In this document: positions 35,304 through 45,434 of the stretch, piece after piece | Numbering within the stretch: position 1 is the first letter of the stretch | How the letters are laid out: each line of letters starts with the position of its first letter | Source: an uncultured Candidatus Saccharibacteria bacterium | GTDB taxonomy: Bacteria > Patescibacteriota > Saccharimonadia > Saccharimonadales > CAZICT01 | NCBI GenBank assembly: GCA_964537935.1 | Contig: CAZICT010000004.1 | Span: 24,760 to 88,759 of the forward strand | Direction: 5' to 3' | Length of the DNA stretch: 64,000 nucleotides | Program-made: the position numbers and the translations under genes | Notes under the pieces: generated by a model | Database searches by the model: none | What the model was told of the DNA's origin: nothing | Seen by the model: the letters and a program-made list of their open reading frames with translations, nothing else

Positions 35304-36596
35304 ATGCTGGGTAAATTAAAAAACCTTAAAGATACCGCATTGTCTCGTAAAAACTCCGGTAATGATGACAGTCAGTACTTAGTTGGGCTGGATATTGGCA
35401 CCGAGTTTGTTAAGGCTTTGATTACGAAAATCGAAGGCGACGAGATTGAGATTATAGGTGTTGGCCGCGCTCACCAGGAGTTGACTGACATGCAGGCGGG
35501 AGCTATCGCTGATATTGCCAGCGTGGTAGCGAATTGCGATAAGGCCTTGAGCGAGGCCGAGCAAGAAGCCGGTGTCAGCGTCCGCACGGCTGTTATCGGT
35601 ATTGCCGGTGAATTGGTGAAGGGCACTACAACGACAGTGCGCTGCACGCGCAAAAATCCCAATAAGCCTCTTGATGTGGCTGAAGTTGAAAAGATAATTG
35701 CGCTTGTGCAAGAACGGGCGGCGACCAAAGCCAAACAGCAAGTCGTCTGGGAGCTTGGCGGCAAAGATGTCGAACTCAAACTGGTTAATAGTGCGTTGGT
35801 CGGTATAGATATCGATGGCTACCGGGTGACAAACCCGGTTGGGTTCCAGGGTAAGGATGTGTTGGTGCAGCTATATACCGCTTTTGCGCCGCTGATTCAC
35901 ATCGGTGCTCTGGAGCGGACTGCTCAGGAGCTGGATCTTGACTTACTGGCGGTTGCTGCAGAGCCGTTCGCAGTTTCCAGGTCAGTCATAGGTAACGATC
36001 CGAATGCAAATATGAGTGCAATATTAATGGATGTCGGCGGTGGAACCACCGATGTCGCCGTTGTTAATGAAGGCGGCGTAGAAGGCACGAAAATGTTCGG
36101 CATCGGCGGACGGGCATTTACCAAATCAATTGAAAAAGGTATGGATATCGGGTTTCTGCAAGCAGAAGAATTAAAGCTGGCGCTTGGAACCAGCCGGGTT
36201 CCGTCCAACAAAAAAGCGACAATTGAAAAATCACTCAGAAGTACTTTAGACGTATGGATAAGCGGGGTTCAGTTGGCGCTTGGCGAATTTGACAAGCTTG
36301 ACCATCTTCCGCATCAAATTTTGCTCTGTGGAGGCGGCTCCAGCTTAGAGATGCTTACAGAGCGCCTGAATTCTTCTGACTGGTATAAAGAATTACCTTT
36401 TACCCGCAAGCCGAAGGTGCACCACATTGATCCAGAACAAGTTATCGGTATCCTAGACAAAACCGGTAAAGTATCAGATCATACTTTCATAACCGCAATG
36501 GGGCTGTTGCGTGTCGGAATGGACACGCTTAACCAGCAAGGGAACTCACCCATTAATTCGATTAAAGAAAGAATCGATAGAATCCTAAAAGTATAG
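35304..36596 (+). CDS. ftsA: FtsA-like actin-family ATPase
   Basis: Phosphate-1 VGLDIGTEFVKAL, phosphate-2/adenosine MDVGGGTTDVAVV, and LLCGGGS. It has an inserted subdomain like FtsA 1C and a C-terminal amphipathic SIKERIDRILKV. 430 aa. Confidence 0.75.
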   Translation: MLGKLKNLKDTALSRKNSGNDDSQYLVGLDIGTEFVKALITKIEGDEIEIIGVGRAHQELTDMQAGAIADIASVVANCDKALSEAEQEAGVSVRTAVIGIAGELVKGTTTTVRCTRKNPNKPLDVAEVEKIIALVQERAATKAKQQVVWELGGKDVELKLVNSALVGIDIDGYRVTNPVGFQGKDVLVQLYTAFAPLIHIGALERTAQELDLDLLAVAAEPFAVSRSVIGNDPNANMSAILMDVGGGTTDVAVVNEGGVEGTKMFGIGGRAFTKSIEKGMDIGFLQAEELKLALGTSRVPSNKKATIEKSLRSTLDVWISGVQLALGEFDKLDHLPHQILLCGGGSSLEMLTERLNSSDWYKELPFTRKPKVHHIDPEQVIGILDKTGKVSDHTFITAMGLLRVGMDTLNQQGNSPINSIKERIDRILKV

Positions 36597-36600
36597 AATT

Positions 36601-38280
36601 ATGCCAGCAAACCCACAAAAAGATACCATCTACATAGATATAGACGACGATATAACAGGTGTTATTGAAAAAGTACGGTCCTCAAAAGAAAAGATCGTGG
36701 CTTTGGTACTGCCCAAACGTGCACCTGTTCTGCAAAGCATAGTCAATATGAAGCTTTTAAAACGCACCGCTGCTGAAGCTAAGAAAAGCATCGTACTGAT
36801 AACTTCCGACCCCAATGTACTGCCACTGGCCGGGGCGGTTGGAGTGCATGTAGCCAAAACCCTACAAAGCAAGCCGACGATACCGCCAGCTCCGGAAGTT
36901 GCCAGCGTACCCAAAACGGTGACCGAATCTGTGGAAGTAAGTGATGCCGATGATGCGGTTATCGACAAGACAAAGCCAATCGGAGAATTGGCTGGAATTG
37001 ATGCGGCCGAAGAGACGATTGAGATTGATGACACGGATGCTGAAGCAGAAGCTGCCGTGGAATCTAAAGAAACATCAAATAAAAAGAAAAAGTCGTTCAA
37101 GATTCCAAACTTTAACTCGTTTCGTACGAGATTATTTTTGGGGATTGCAGCTGTTTTGCTTTTAGTGGGCGGATGGATCATGGCTTTTATCGTGCTGCCC
37201 AAAGCTACAGTGGTGGTGCGCACCGATACCAATACACTTGATGCCGATCTGACTTTCACCGCGAGTATTGACGCCGAAGAGCTCAACCAGGAGGAACAAA
37301 TTGTTCCGGCACTCCGGCAAGAATTGCGCAAAACAGACAACGAGCGGGCACCGGCAACCGGTGAAGAAAATAAAGGCAAGAAGGCAACCGGGGAGGTGAC
37401 GCTTAGCCTTACTAATTGTAGTGCTAATAGGGTAACAATACCGGCCGGCACAGGAGTAAGTACTAATAATTTAACGTTTATCACTCAGGATGACGTAACG
37501 CTTAGAAGTGTCCAGATTGGCGGTGAGTGTAGTAATGATCAATTTACAAATCTGTCAACAGATACGGTAGAGGTCGTGGCTCAAAACGCAGGTGAACAAT
37601 ACAATATCGGAGCTGATAGTGAGTTCATTGTAGCCGGTTACTCAAGCGTTTCCGGCAACAACGACGATCCTATAACCGGCGGTACGGATGATATTGTTAA
37701 AATCGTCAAACAGGAAGACATTGATGCGGCTACGCAGGCCGTGATTGATCGAAACAGCGAAGAGGCACGAAAAGAATTGTCGGCACAGCTTGAAGAGGAA
37801 GGCTACATAGCGCTGGAAGATACGTTTGTGGCTGGTGAGCCGGTTGTTACGAATACTCCCAATGTCGGTGATGAAGCTTCTGATGTTACGGTCAGCGCCA
37901 GTACGACATTCACCATGCTCGGTGTACTAGAGGAAGACCTGAAGACTATCGTAGAGAGCAGTGTGTCGGAGCAGATTGATACTACCAAACAAGTAATACT
38001 TGATAACGGTTTAGACCAGGCGCGCTTTACGATTGATGAAATACTGGCCAACGGCGCAAGGGTTACAGTTGCCTCAAAAGTCACTGCAGGACCCGAGCTA
38101 AACGAAGAAACCATCAAGAATGAAGTTATTGGCAAAAAGAAGGGCGAAGCAATTGAGCAGCTGGAGAGTCGTCCTGGAATCGAAGAAGTAGAAATAACTT
38201 ATAGTCCATTCTGGGTATACTCAACGCCAGGCAGTTCCAAGAAGATTACTGTAACCTTCGAGCAGGCTAACTCTAATTAA
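36601..38280 (+). CDS. bitopic membrane protein with large extracytoplasmic domain, unknown function
   Basis: Starts 4 nt after the ftsA-like gene. It has a cytoplasmic domain of about 90 aa, an acidic linker, TM helix LFLGIAAVLLLVGGWIMAFIVL, and an external beta-rich region of about 370 aa. Confidence 0.6.
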   Translation: MPANPQKDTIYIDIDDDITGVIEKVRSSKEKIVALVLPKRAPVLQSIVNMKLLKRTAAEAKKSIVLITSDPNVLPLAGAVGVHVAKTLQSKPTIPPAPEVASVPKTVTESVEVSDADDAVIDKTKPIGELAGIDAAEETIEIDDTDAEAEAAVESKETSNKKKKSFKIPNFNSFRTRLFLGIAAVLLLVGGWIMAFIVLPKATVVVRTDTNTLDADLTFTASIDAEELNQEEQIVPALRQELRKTDNERAPATGEENKGKKATGEVTLSLTNCSANRVTIPAGTGVSTNNLTFITQDDVTLRSVQIGGECSNDQFTNLSTDTVEVVAQNAGEQYNIGADSEFIVAGYSSVSGNNDDPITGGTDDIVKIVKQEDIDAATQAVIDRNSEEARKELSAQLEEEGYIALEDTFVAGEPVVTNTPNVGDEASDVTVSASTTFTMLGVLEEDLKTIVESSVSEQIDTTKQVILDNGLDQARFTIDEILANGARVTVASKVTAGPELNEETIKNEVIGKKKGEAIEQLESRPGIEEVEITYSPFWVYSTPGSSKKITVTFEQANSN

Positions 38281-38281
38281 A

Positions 38282-38704
38282 ATGGCCCGAAATAGCATAA
38301 TAGCCCTAGATGTTGGCACCGTGAGGGTCGGTGTGGCTCGGGCTGGTATGGTTGCCAGATTGCCGGAACCGTTGACCACAATCCTTAATGACGCATCGAT
38401 TTTTGAAAAACTGCGTGACATTTTAACAGAACACGATGCCGACACCGTGGTTATCGGTGTGCCGCACGGTCTTAGCGGCCAAGAGACAGAGCAGACACGA
38501 TATACTTTGGAATTTGTTAAGCGACTTGAGTCTGCTCTTCCGGATGTGGCAATCAAGCTGCAGGAAGAAGCTCTAAGCTCTGTAAAAGCTGAAGCCGAAC
38601 TTAATAGTACCGGCAAAAAACATTCCAAGGCCGATATCGATGCTTTGGCCGCGGCTTTTATACTTGAAGACTATTTACAAGGCTCTACAATGGAGAATGT
38701 ATGA
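38282..38704 (+). CDS. ruvX: Holliday-junction-resolvase-like nuclease YqgF/RuvX
   Basis: IALDVGTVRVGVA N-terminus, VVIGVPHGLSGQETEQT, and DALAAAFILEDYL. Confidence 0.85.
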   Translation: MARNSIIALDVGTVRVGVARAGMVARLPEPLTTILNDASIFEKLRDILTEHDADTVVIGVPHGLSGQETEQTRYTLEFVKRLESALPDVAIKLQEEALSSVKAEAELNSTGKKHSKADIDALAAAFILEDYLQGSTMENV

Positions 38705-39768
38705 ATTACGAGGTGAGCACAGGCGCACGACGCAAGTTTTCCAAAATCATTATCATTGCGCTGATTGTATTTATTGTTGGAATCATAGGTACGGTACTGG
38801 TTATACGACATAATTACGAAGAGAATCTCAGGCCAATCAGTGCTTCGCAGCGTTCACTGCAAGTAACTATTCCTTCCGGATCTTCAGTCAAAGAAATTGC
38901 CACCCAACTGGAAGAGCTGGAGCTTATCCGTTCAGCTTGGGCATTTGAATGGTATATACGCACCAACGATCTACGTGAAAGTTTACTTGCTGGAACATAT
39001 AGCCTCCGCCCTAACCAGAGTATACCTGATATCGTGGATATCCTGACTCAAGGAAAAATTGCCACTGATTTGGTGACTATATTGCCCGGACAGCGCATTG
39101 ATCAGATTAAGCAAGCGCTCCAGAACTATGAATTTACCGAAGAAGATGTTGAGAACGCACTTGATCCGGCCTTGTATGACGATCATCCGGCGTTGGTCGA
39201 CAAACCGGTGGGCGCCAACCTCGAAGGCTATCTGTACCCTGAATCGTTCCAGCGGACTGCCGAAACTGACCCGGAAACAATAATCAGAGCCTCGCTTGAT
39301 GAAATGCAGAAACACCTGACCCCTGATCTTCGTGCTGGTATCGTCCGGCAGGGACTTACTGTTCATCAGGGTATAATCCTGGCGTCAATTATTGAACAAG
39401 AAGTCAGTAATCCTGACGATAAGCCGACCGTAGCCCAAGTATTTTTACGGCGTCTCAAAGAAGGAACAGCGCTTGAATCTGATGCCACTGCTCCTTATGG
39501 AGCTGTGCTGGCCGGCAAGGCTTCTTCGCTCTCGCGCACTGAGTTACTCACCTATAATTCGCCTTATAACACCTATAATCACAAAGGATTGCCGCCGACA
39601 CCAATCAGTAATGTGAGTAAAAGCTCACTGGAGGCTGTTGCTCGGCCAAGTAATACCGATTACCTCTTCTTTGTATCTGGGGATGATGGCAAAACCTACT
39701 TCTCTAACACAATTGAACAGCATGAGGCCTTCATAGAGCAACATTGTACCAGTCTGTGCGGTCGTTAA
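38701..39768 (+). CDS. mltG: endolytic murein transglycosylase MltG (YceG-like)
   Basis: N-terminal TM helix, then GTYSLRPNQS, LEGYLYPESF, LASIIEQE and SPYNTYNHKGLPPTPISNV. Confidence 0.88.
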   Translation: MNYEVSTGARRKFSKIIIIALIVFIVGIIGTVLVIRHNYEENLRPISASQRSLQVTIPSGSSVKEIATQLEELELIRSAWAFEWYIRTNDLRESLLAGTYSLRPNQSIPDIVDILTQGKIATDLVTILPGQRIDQIKQALQNYEFTEEDVENALDPALYDDHPALVDKPVGANLEGYLYPESFQRTAETDPETIIRASLDEMQKHLTPDLRAGIVRQGLTVHQGIILASIIEQEVSNPDDKPTVAQVFLRRLKEGTALESDATAPYGAVLAGKASSLSRTELLTYNSPYNTYNHKGLPPTPISNVSKSSLEAVARPSNTDYLFFVSGDDGKTYFSNTIEQHEAFIEQHCTSLCGR

Positions 39769-40024
39769 CAGGGGTGGCAAGTGTAGAAGAGTCATTGCAA
39801 TTCGGTAGTGTTTTTGCTATACTTTTGACCACAACTTACTAAGAGAAGCCTCACAACTTCCTTAGAGTTGTCACGATGTTTTCACTTTAAGGCTATATCT
39901 ATGGGAATGGTCGAACGCTCCCAGAAAAATAATTAAAACGAAGGCATCGCGTATTGGTACGTCAATATGTACCAGGAGAAATGATATTCGTACTCACAGT
40001 TCAACGCTTACAGACATTCTGGGC

Positions 40025-41098
40025 TTGAAACGGAAGAAATCCCGGCGGAAGCTGTTCCGTCTTACCAAGAAAACTAAAAAACGGCTGATTCGTAGCGGTT
40101 TATTGACTTCAAATTTCGCACTATTAATAGCGGTTATTGTTTTTGTTGCTCAGTCTCCAAATGCCGGGTCTTCACAGCAAAATGCCCTATCTGCCACTCA
40201 GACAGATATAGTTAATCCGTTGGACCAGTTGTCTTCGGCTGATATCGCAGTGCATGTTGCCCAGATGGCGAACCTGTATGAAAAGCAATCGGTTGTTAAT
40301 AACGCCGATACCGTGAATGCTCAGCTGACAATCGCACCGGTCGATGACCAGGTTATTACCAAGCCGCAAGTTGTTTCCACTGATGTCAAATCTCGACATG
40401 ACATTGAAACCTATGTGGTTCAGAACGGCGATACAATAGCATCAATTGCCGAAAAGTTTGGAATCACTTCTGACAGCATTCGCTGGTCAAATGGACTCGG
40501 CAGCTCTGTATCGGCCGGAGATGAACTTACGATTCCGCCGATTAACGGCATAGTTTATACGGTCAAAGACGGCGATACCGCTGAAACATTAGCTCAGCGG
40601 TATAGCGCCAGCAAGGAAGACATCGTCAAATTTAATGATGCCGAAGTTAGCGGACTGGTAGTCGGTCAACAGATTGTAATTCCGGATGCCGTACAGCCTG
40701 TAACCCGTTATGCAAACAGTATTTATTCTAGCGGAAGCTTTGCTTGGGGCGGTTATTCGGCAATTTACGGCGGAAACGGTTATGACTATGGGTACTGCAC
40801 CTGGTGGGTGGCCATAAGGCGAGCTCAGATAGGTCGACCGATACCAAGCAATCTTGGAAACGCCTCTACATGGAAGGTGCTTTCACAGCGTGCCGGACTG
40901 AGTGTCGGCTCGACACCTGCTCAGGGAGCTGTTATCTGGACTCCGCCGCGTGATTATTACGGCCATGTAGGTTTTGTTGAAGAGGTATTTCCTGATGGCA
41001 GCGTCAGAGTCTCGGAAATGAATGTCGCAGGCTGGGGAGTGCGCTCAGAGAAGGTATTATCACCGGCACAGGCAGCAGGCTATAGCTATATCTATTAA
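40025..41098 (+). CDS. peptidoglycan hydrolase with two LysM repeats and a C-terminal CHAP domain
   Basis: Basic N-terminus plus a TM helix. LysM repeats YVVQNGDTIASIAEKFGITSDSIRWSN and YTVKDGDTAETLAQRYSASKEDIVKFN. CHAP motifs YGYCTWWVA...YGHVGFVEEV. The start is uncertain: TTG at 40025 has no RBS, while an in-frame ATT at 39986 lies 7 nt after AGGAG. Confidence 0.8.
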   Translation: MKRKKSRRKLFRLTKKTKKRLIRSGLLTSNFALLIAVIVFVAQSPNAGSSQQNALSATQTDIVNPLDQLSSADIAVHVAQMANLYEKQSVVNNADTVNAQLTIAPVDDQVITKPQVVSTDVKSRHDIETYVVQNGDTIASIAEKFGITSDSIRWSNGLGSSVSAGDELTIPPINGIVYTVKDGDTAETLAQRYSASKEDIVKFNDAEVSGLVVGQQIVIPDAVQPVTRYANSIYSSGSFAWGGYSAIYGGNGYDYGYCTWWVAIRRAQIGRPIPSNLGNASTWKVLSQRAGLSVGSTPAQGAVIWTPPRDYYGHVGFVEEVFPDGSVRVSEMNVAGWGVRSEKVLSPAQAAGYSYIY

Positions 41099-41219
41099 AT
41101 GTTTTAAATAGCAGCCCCAGCTCATAGTTTGTTAATACCCTTTTTAAGGAAGTTGCGTAAACACAGTTAAAGACCATTTTTGTACCACTGTTCACTAGTA
41201 AATAATTCCTATATGCTAA

Positions 41220-42488
<1,269 letters not shown>

Positions 42489-42562
42489 CTATAGACGCAT
42501 CTGATAAACTTGTAACAAAAATAATCTAACTATTAAATCATCAAATAACCATTATATTTTCT

Positions 42563-43171
42563 ATGAATAGCAACCCTGATCTTCCTGCATCGATTGAACA
42601 AGTAGAGGCTGTAAGAATCGGCTTTGATTCCGTATGTCAGCAGATAGAGGTGAAGGGCGAGCTATCTTTTAAAAGTCGGGGATTGTATTTCTATAGTCGG
42701 GGATTGTATTTCTATTCTGATCACCAAACTGGCGAGATCGAAGTAAGAACGCCAGACAGATTTGTAAGTCATGCAATTACAATTGCGCAAGACAGAAATA
42801 CAAAACGCGTATCCCGAGTAACGGTGTCGGACTTTCGTGATGGCGATGAAGATTTGAGTATCAGAGAGGATAGAATATTTTACTTCAGTTCAGACGATAA
42901 ACGTTCAGGAAGGCACGGCTTGGTAGCTTCTGTCGCTGATCCGGGTCACTTTAAAACCCGAAGGGAATTGCTCGGATATTCATGGAGAACTATTACTCTT
43001 ATGGATCTTGATGTCTTACGTATTTACTTAACAGAACTACAGTCCAGGACAAAAAACACATTTCTTGATAGAGCCAGGGGTGTCGCCGGACTGATTTTGG
43101 CTAAAATTTCTCTTGATAATTCCTTAGACGCAGAGCTACGTACGCTACTTGATAACGATCAAACTCGTTAG
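42563..43171 (+). CDS. hypothetical protein containing an in-frame 7-aa tandem duplication
   Basis: 202-aa ORF. I recognised no family. It contains SRGLYFY-SRGLYFY, encoded by a perfect 21-bp x2 repeat. Confidence 0.5.
   Translation: MNSNPDLPASIEQVEAVRIGFDSVCQQIEVKGELSFKSRGLYFYSRGLYFYSDHQTGEIEVRTPDRFVSHAITIAQDRNTKRVSRVTVSDFRDGDEDLSIREDRIFYFSSDDKRSGRHGLVASVADPGHFKTRRELLGYSWRTITLMDLDVLRIYLTELQSRTKNTFLDRARGVAGLILAKISLDNSLDAELRTLLDNDQTR
42674..42715 (+). repeat. perfect 21-bp tandem duplication (AGTCGGGGATTGTATTTCTAT x2)
   Basis: Read directly from the sequence: 42674-42694 is identical to 42695-42715, in frame within the CDS. Confidence 0.95.
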
Positions 43172-43204
43172 ACGCAAGCTTCAGTATTCTATACACTAAA
43201 ATTC

Positions 43205-44644
43205 ATGGCACTCAGTTTTTTCTTTTATGACCTTGAGACTTCCGGCATAAATCCCCGGACGGCGCGAATAATGCAGTTTGCCGGCCAGCGGACCGACACG
43301 GACTTAAACCCTCTTGAAGAGCCGCATAATTATTTCATCAAACTCACTGAAGACGTATTGCCAGAGCCTGAAGCGGTGTTAATAACCGGTATTACACCTC
43401 AAAAAACACTCCAGGAAGGTTATACCGAAGCGGAGTTTTTACGTATATTTACTGACAAAATTTCGGTTCCTGATACTATTTTTGTCGGCTTTAACACCGT
43501 TAGGTTTGATGATGAGTTTATGCGTTTCATGCTGTTTCGCAACTATTACGATCCTTACGAGTGGCAGTGGAAAGATGGCCGCTCAAGATGGGACCTTCTG
43601 GATGTGGTTCGTATGATGAGAGCACTTCGTCCAGAAGGCATTAAATGGCCGTTTGATGATAAAGGCAATCCAACCAACAGGCTGGAACTGCTTACCGAAG
43701 CTAACGACATAGATCACGGAAACGCGCATGATGCCCTTAGCGACGTCAAGGCGAGTATAGCCTTAGCACGTATCATTAAAAACAAGCAGCCAAAATTATT
43801 TGATTTTTTGCTGTCGATGCGTGACAAAGCGAACGTAGCCGAACTTGTCGAATCAGGCCAGCCATTCGTTTATGCCTCCGGAAAGTTTGCCAACGAATTT
43901 GAAAAGACCACGGTTGCAGCCACTGTAGGCAAGCATCCTGAGCGCTCGGGAGCGGCACTGGTGTTTGATCTTCGATTTGATCCCCAGAAATACGCAACCA
44001 TGACAACGGAACAGATTACCGAAGCGTGGCGCAAACCATTGTCAGACCCGGATCGGCTACCGGTCAAGACATTAATCTATAACCGCTGTCCGGCCATTGC
44101 ACCCTTGGGTGTTCTAACAGAGGCTAACCAGGAGCGACTTTCTTTAAGTATTGATGATATCCGTCAGCGGAATGAGGCATTAAAATCGATTAGGCAAAAG
44201 CTGCACTCAACGCTAATTGACGCTCTAAAATTAATGGATGAAAGTAAGCAAGCCGCGATGCCTGCAGCCGAAGCTTACTCGGAGACCCAGCTATACGAAG
44301 GGTTTATTCCTGATATCGATAAGGCTAAAATGAGCGTCGTTAGAGCGGCTGATGAAATGGAGCTTGCATCGCTCAGAGCCGAATTCAATGATCAGCGGCT
44401 CAGGGAAATGCTCCCACGCTATAAGGCAAGAAATTTTCCAAAAACACTTTCAACGGAAGAGCGTCAACAGTGGGAAAGGTATCGTTACCAAAAACTGCTT
44501 GGCGGCGGCGAAGAAGGTGAACTCGCTAAATATCTGCGCCGGCTCACGGACCTGGCAGCCAACCCAAAAACCGATAATAATCACGAATATTTACTGCAAG
44601 AACTGCAGTTATATGCTGAAAGCATAATGCCGGAAGATGTATAG
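43205..44644 (+). CDS. sbcB: exodeoxyribonuclease I
   Basis: DEDDh ExoI-type motifs FFFYDLETSGINP, VGFNTVRFDDEFMR and HDALSDV. The length of 479 aa and the C-terminal SH3-like/helical region are collinear with SbcB. Confidence 0.88.
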   Translation: MALSFFFYDLETSGINPRTARIMQFAGQRTDTDLNPLEEPHNYFIKLTEDVLPEPEAVLITGITPQKTLQEGYTEAEFLRIFTDKISVPDTIFVGFNTVRFDDEFMRFMLFRNYYDPYEWQWKDGRSRWDLLDVVRMMRALRPEGIKWPFDDKGNPTNRLELLTEANDIDHGNAHDALSDVKASIALARIIKNKQPKLFDFLLSMRDKANVAELVESGQPFVYASGKFANEFEKTTVAATVGKHPERSGAALVFDLRFDPQKYATMTTEQITEAWRKPLSDPDRLPVKTLIYNRCPAIAPLGVLTEANQERLSLSIDDIRQRNEALKSIRQKLHSTLIDALKLMDESKQAAMPAAEAYSETQLYEGFIPDIDKAKMSVVRAADEMELASLRAEFNDQRLREMLPRYKARNFPKTLSTEERQQWERYRYQKLLGGGEEGELAKYLRRLTDLAANPKTDNNHEYLLQELQLYAESIMPEDV

Positions 44645-44656
44645 ACAGTACTTAGT

Positions 44657-44830
44657 CTACAAAGCTATCTGATCGAAATAGTCAGAATTGTCATCCGTTT
44701 TGGTGCTTCTTTTGATTCGGTATGCCAAATGACCAAATGTAAGCATGACAAGAGCTGCGCTAAGCACCCAGTTGAAGGTGATTTGAACCGATGTGCCAGG
44801 TACCTGACCAAGAATTATAAACTCCAACAT
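44657..44830 (-). CDS. small membrane protein
   Basis: 57-aa ORF below the track cutoff: MLEFIILGQVPGTSVQITFNWVLSAALVMLTFGHLAYRIKRSTKTDDNSDYFDQIAL. One TM helix. It sits downstream of the PGPGW gene on the same strand. Confidence 0.45.
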   Translation of the reverse strand: MLEFIILGQVPGTSVQITFNWVLSAALVMLTFGHLAYRIKRSTKTDDNSDYFDQIAL

Positions 44831-44908
44831 AATAAAATCCGATTGTGTTTAGATATAAATTATCATAGATTATACCTAAAAGCAACTTTATTGTATAAGT
44901 GCTAAAGC

Positions 44909-45328
44909 TTATTTTTTGTTTAATATTTTTCTTTTTAACTTTTTATAGCGATGACGATTGCCAAGTAACAATATAATTCCAAAGATTCCAATTACTCCAG
45001 AGACAAAAGTGAATATATAGCTGTCAGTGACAACAAACAGTCCTATGGCCGCTATGATCAAAAGCGGACCAAAAACATCATAGAACATCTGCAGGCGTTT
45101 ATTTTCTGCAAAAATCAAATCACCGATACGGTCTGCATACTTTTTGATGATTTCCAAATATCGCTCTGCCCACTCGTGGTTGATAGCCACAATACTTAAG
45201 CCGGCAATAAATAGCGGTATTCCGCCAGGACCCGGCAGCCATCCGAGAAACGGGGAAATGATCATTAAAAAAAACCCCAGTATATCGAGTGGAATTCGAA
45301 TGTGCCATGGATGTTTTTTCTTGCTCAT
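44909..45328 (-). CDS. PGPGW-domain membrane protein
   Basis: FLGWLPGPGGIPLFIAGLSIVA matches the PGPGW transmembrane family motif. It has 3-4 TM helices and basic termini. Confidence 0.6.
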   Translation of the reverse strand: MSKKKHPWHIRIPLDILGFFLMIISPFLGWLPGPGGIPLFIAGLSIVAINHEWAERYLEIIKKYADRIGDLIFAENKRLQMFYDVFGPLLIIAAIGLFVVTDSYIFTFVSGVIGIFGIILLLGNRHRYKKLKRKILNKK

Positions 45329-45406
45329 TCTATACAGTATACGTTACCCACAAGTAACGTTGTGTGTAATACGCTTCAGACATAAGCATAAAGCTGTTAC
45401 TCTAAT

Positions 45407-45422
45407 TGTAAGATATCTTACA
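45407..45422. promoter_or_regulatory. 16-bp perfect palindrome TGTAAGATATCTTACA (candidate operator)
   Basis: Read directly from the sequence. It ends 3 nt before the GGAGG RBS of the 45435 gene, in the divergent gap with the PGPGW gene. Confidence 0.4.
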
Positions 45423-45434
45423 TTTGGAGGTATT

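Noticed and set aside
36630-37484. 284-aa minus-strand ORF inside the 559-aa membrane-protein gene
   Set aside because: It is fully antisense to a better-supported plus-strand gene that is tightly coupled to ftsA. Its composition is S/A/V/L-rich low complexity, typical of a shadow ORF. It has no RBS and no recognisable motif.
39769-40024. Cyclic-di-AMP (ydaO-type) riboswitch upstream of the LysM/CHAP hydrolase
   Set aside because: This class often precedes cell-wall hydrolase genes. However, the spacer lacks the conserved GGGGA/CCC-rich pseudo-symmetric cores. It has only short AT-rich hairpins and a CACAACTT direct repeat.
45144-45434. 5' extension of the 45435 gene (track ORF starts at 45144, 313 aa)
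   Set aside because: The extension runs antisense through the PGPGW-protein gene and translates to implausible sequence. The ATG at 45435 has a GGAGG RBS.
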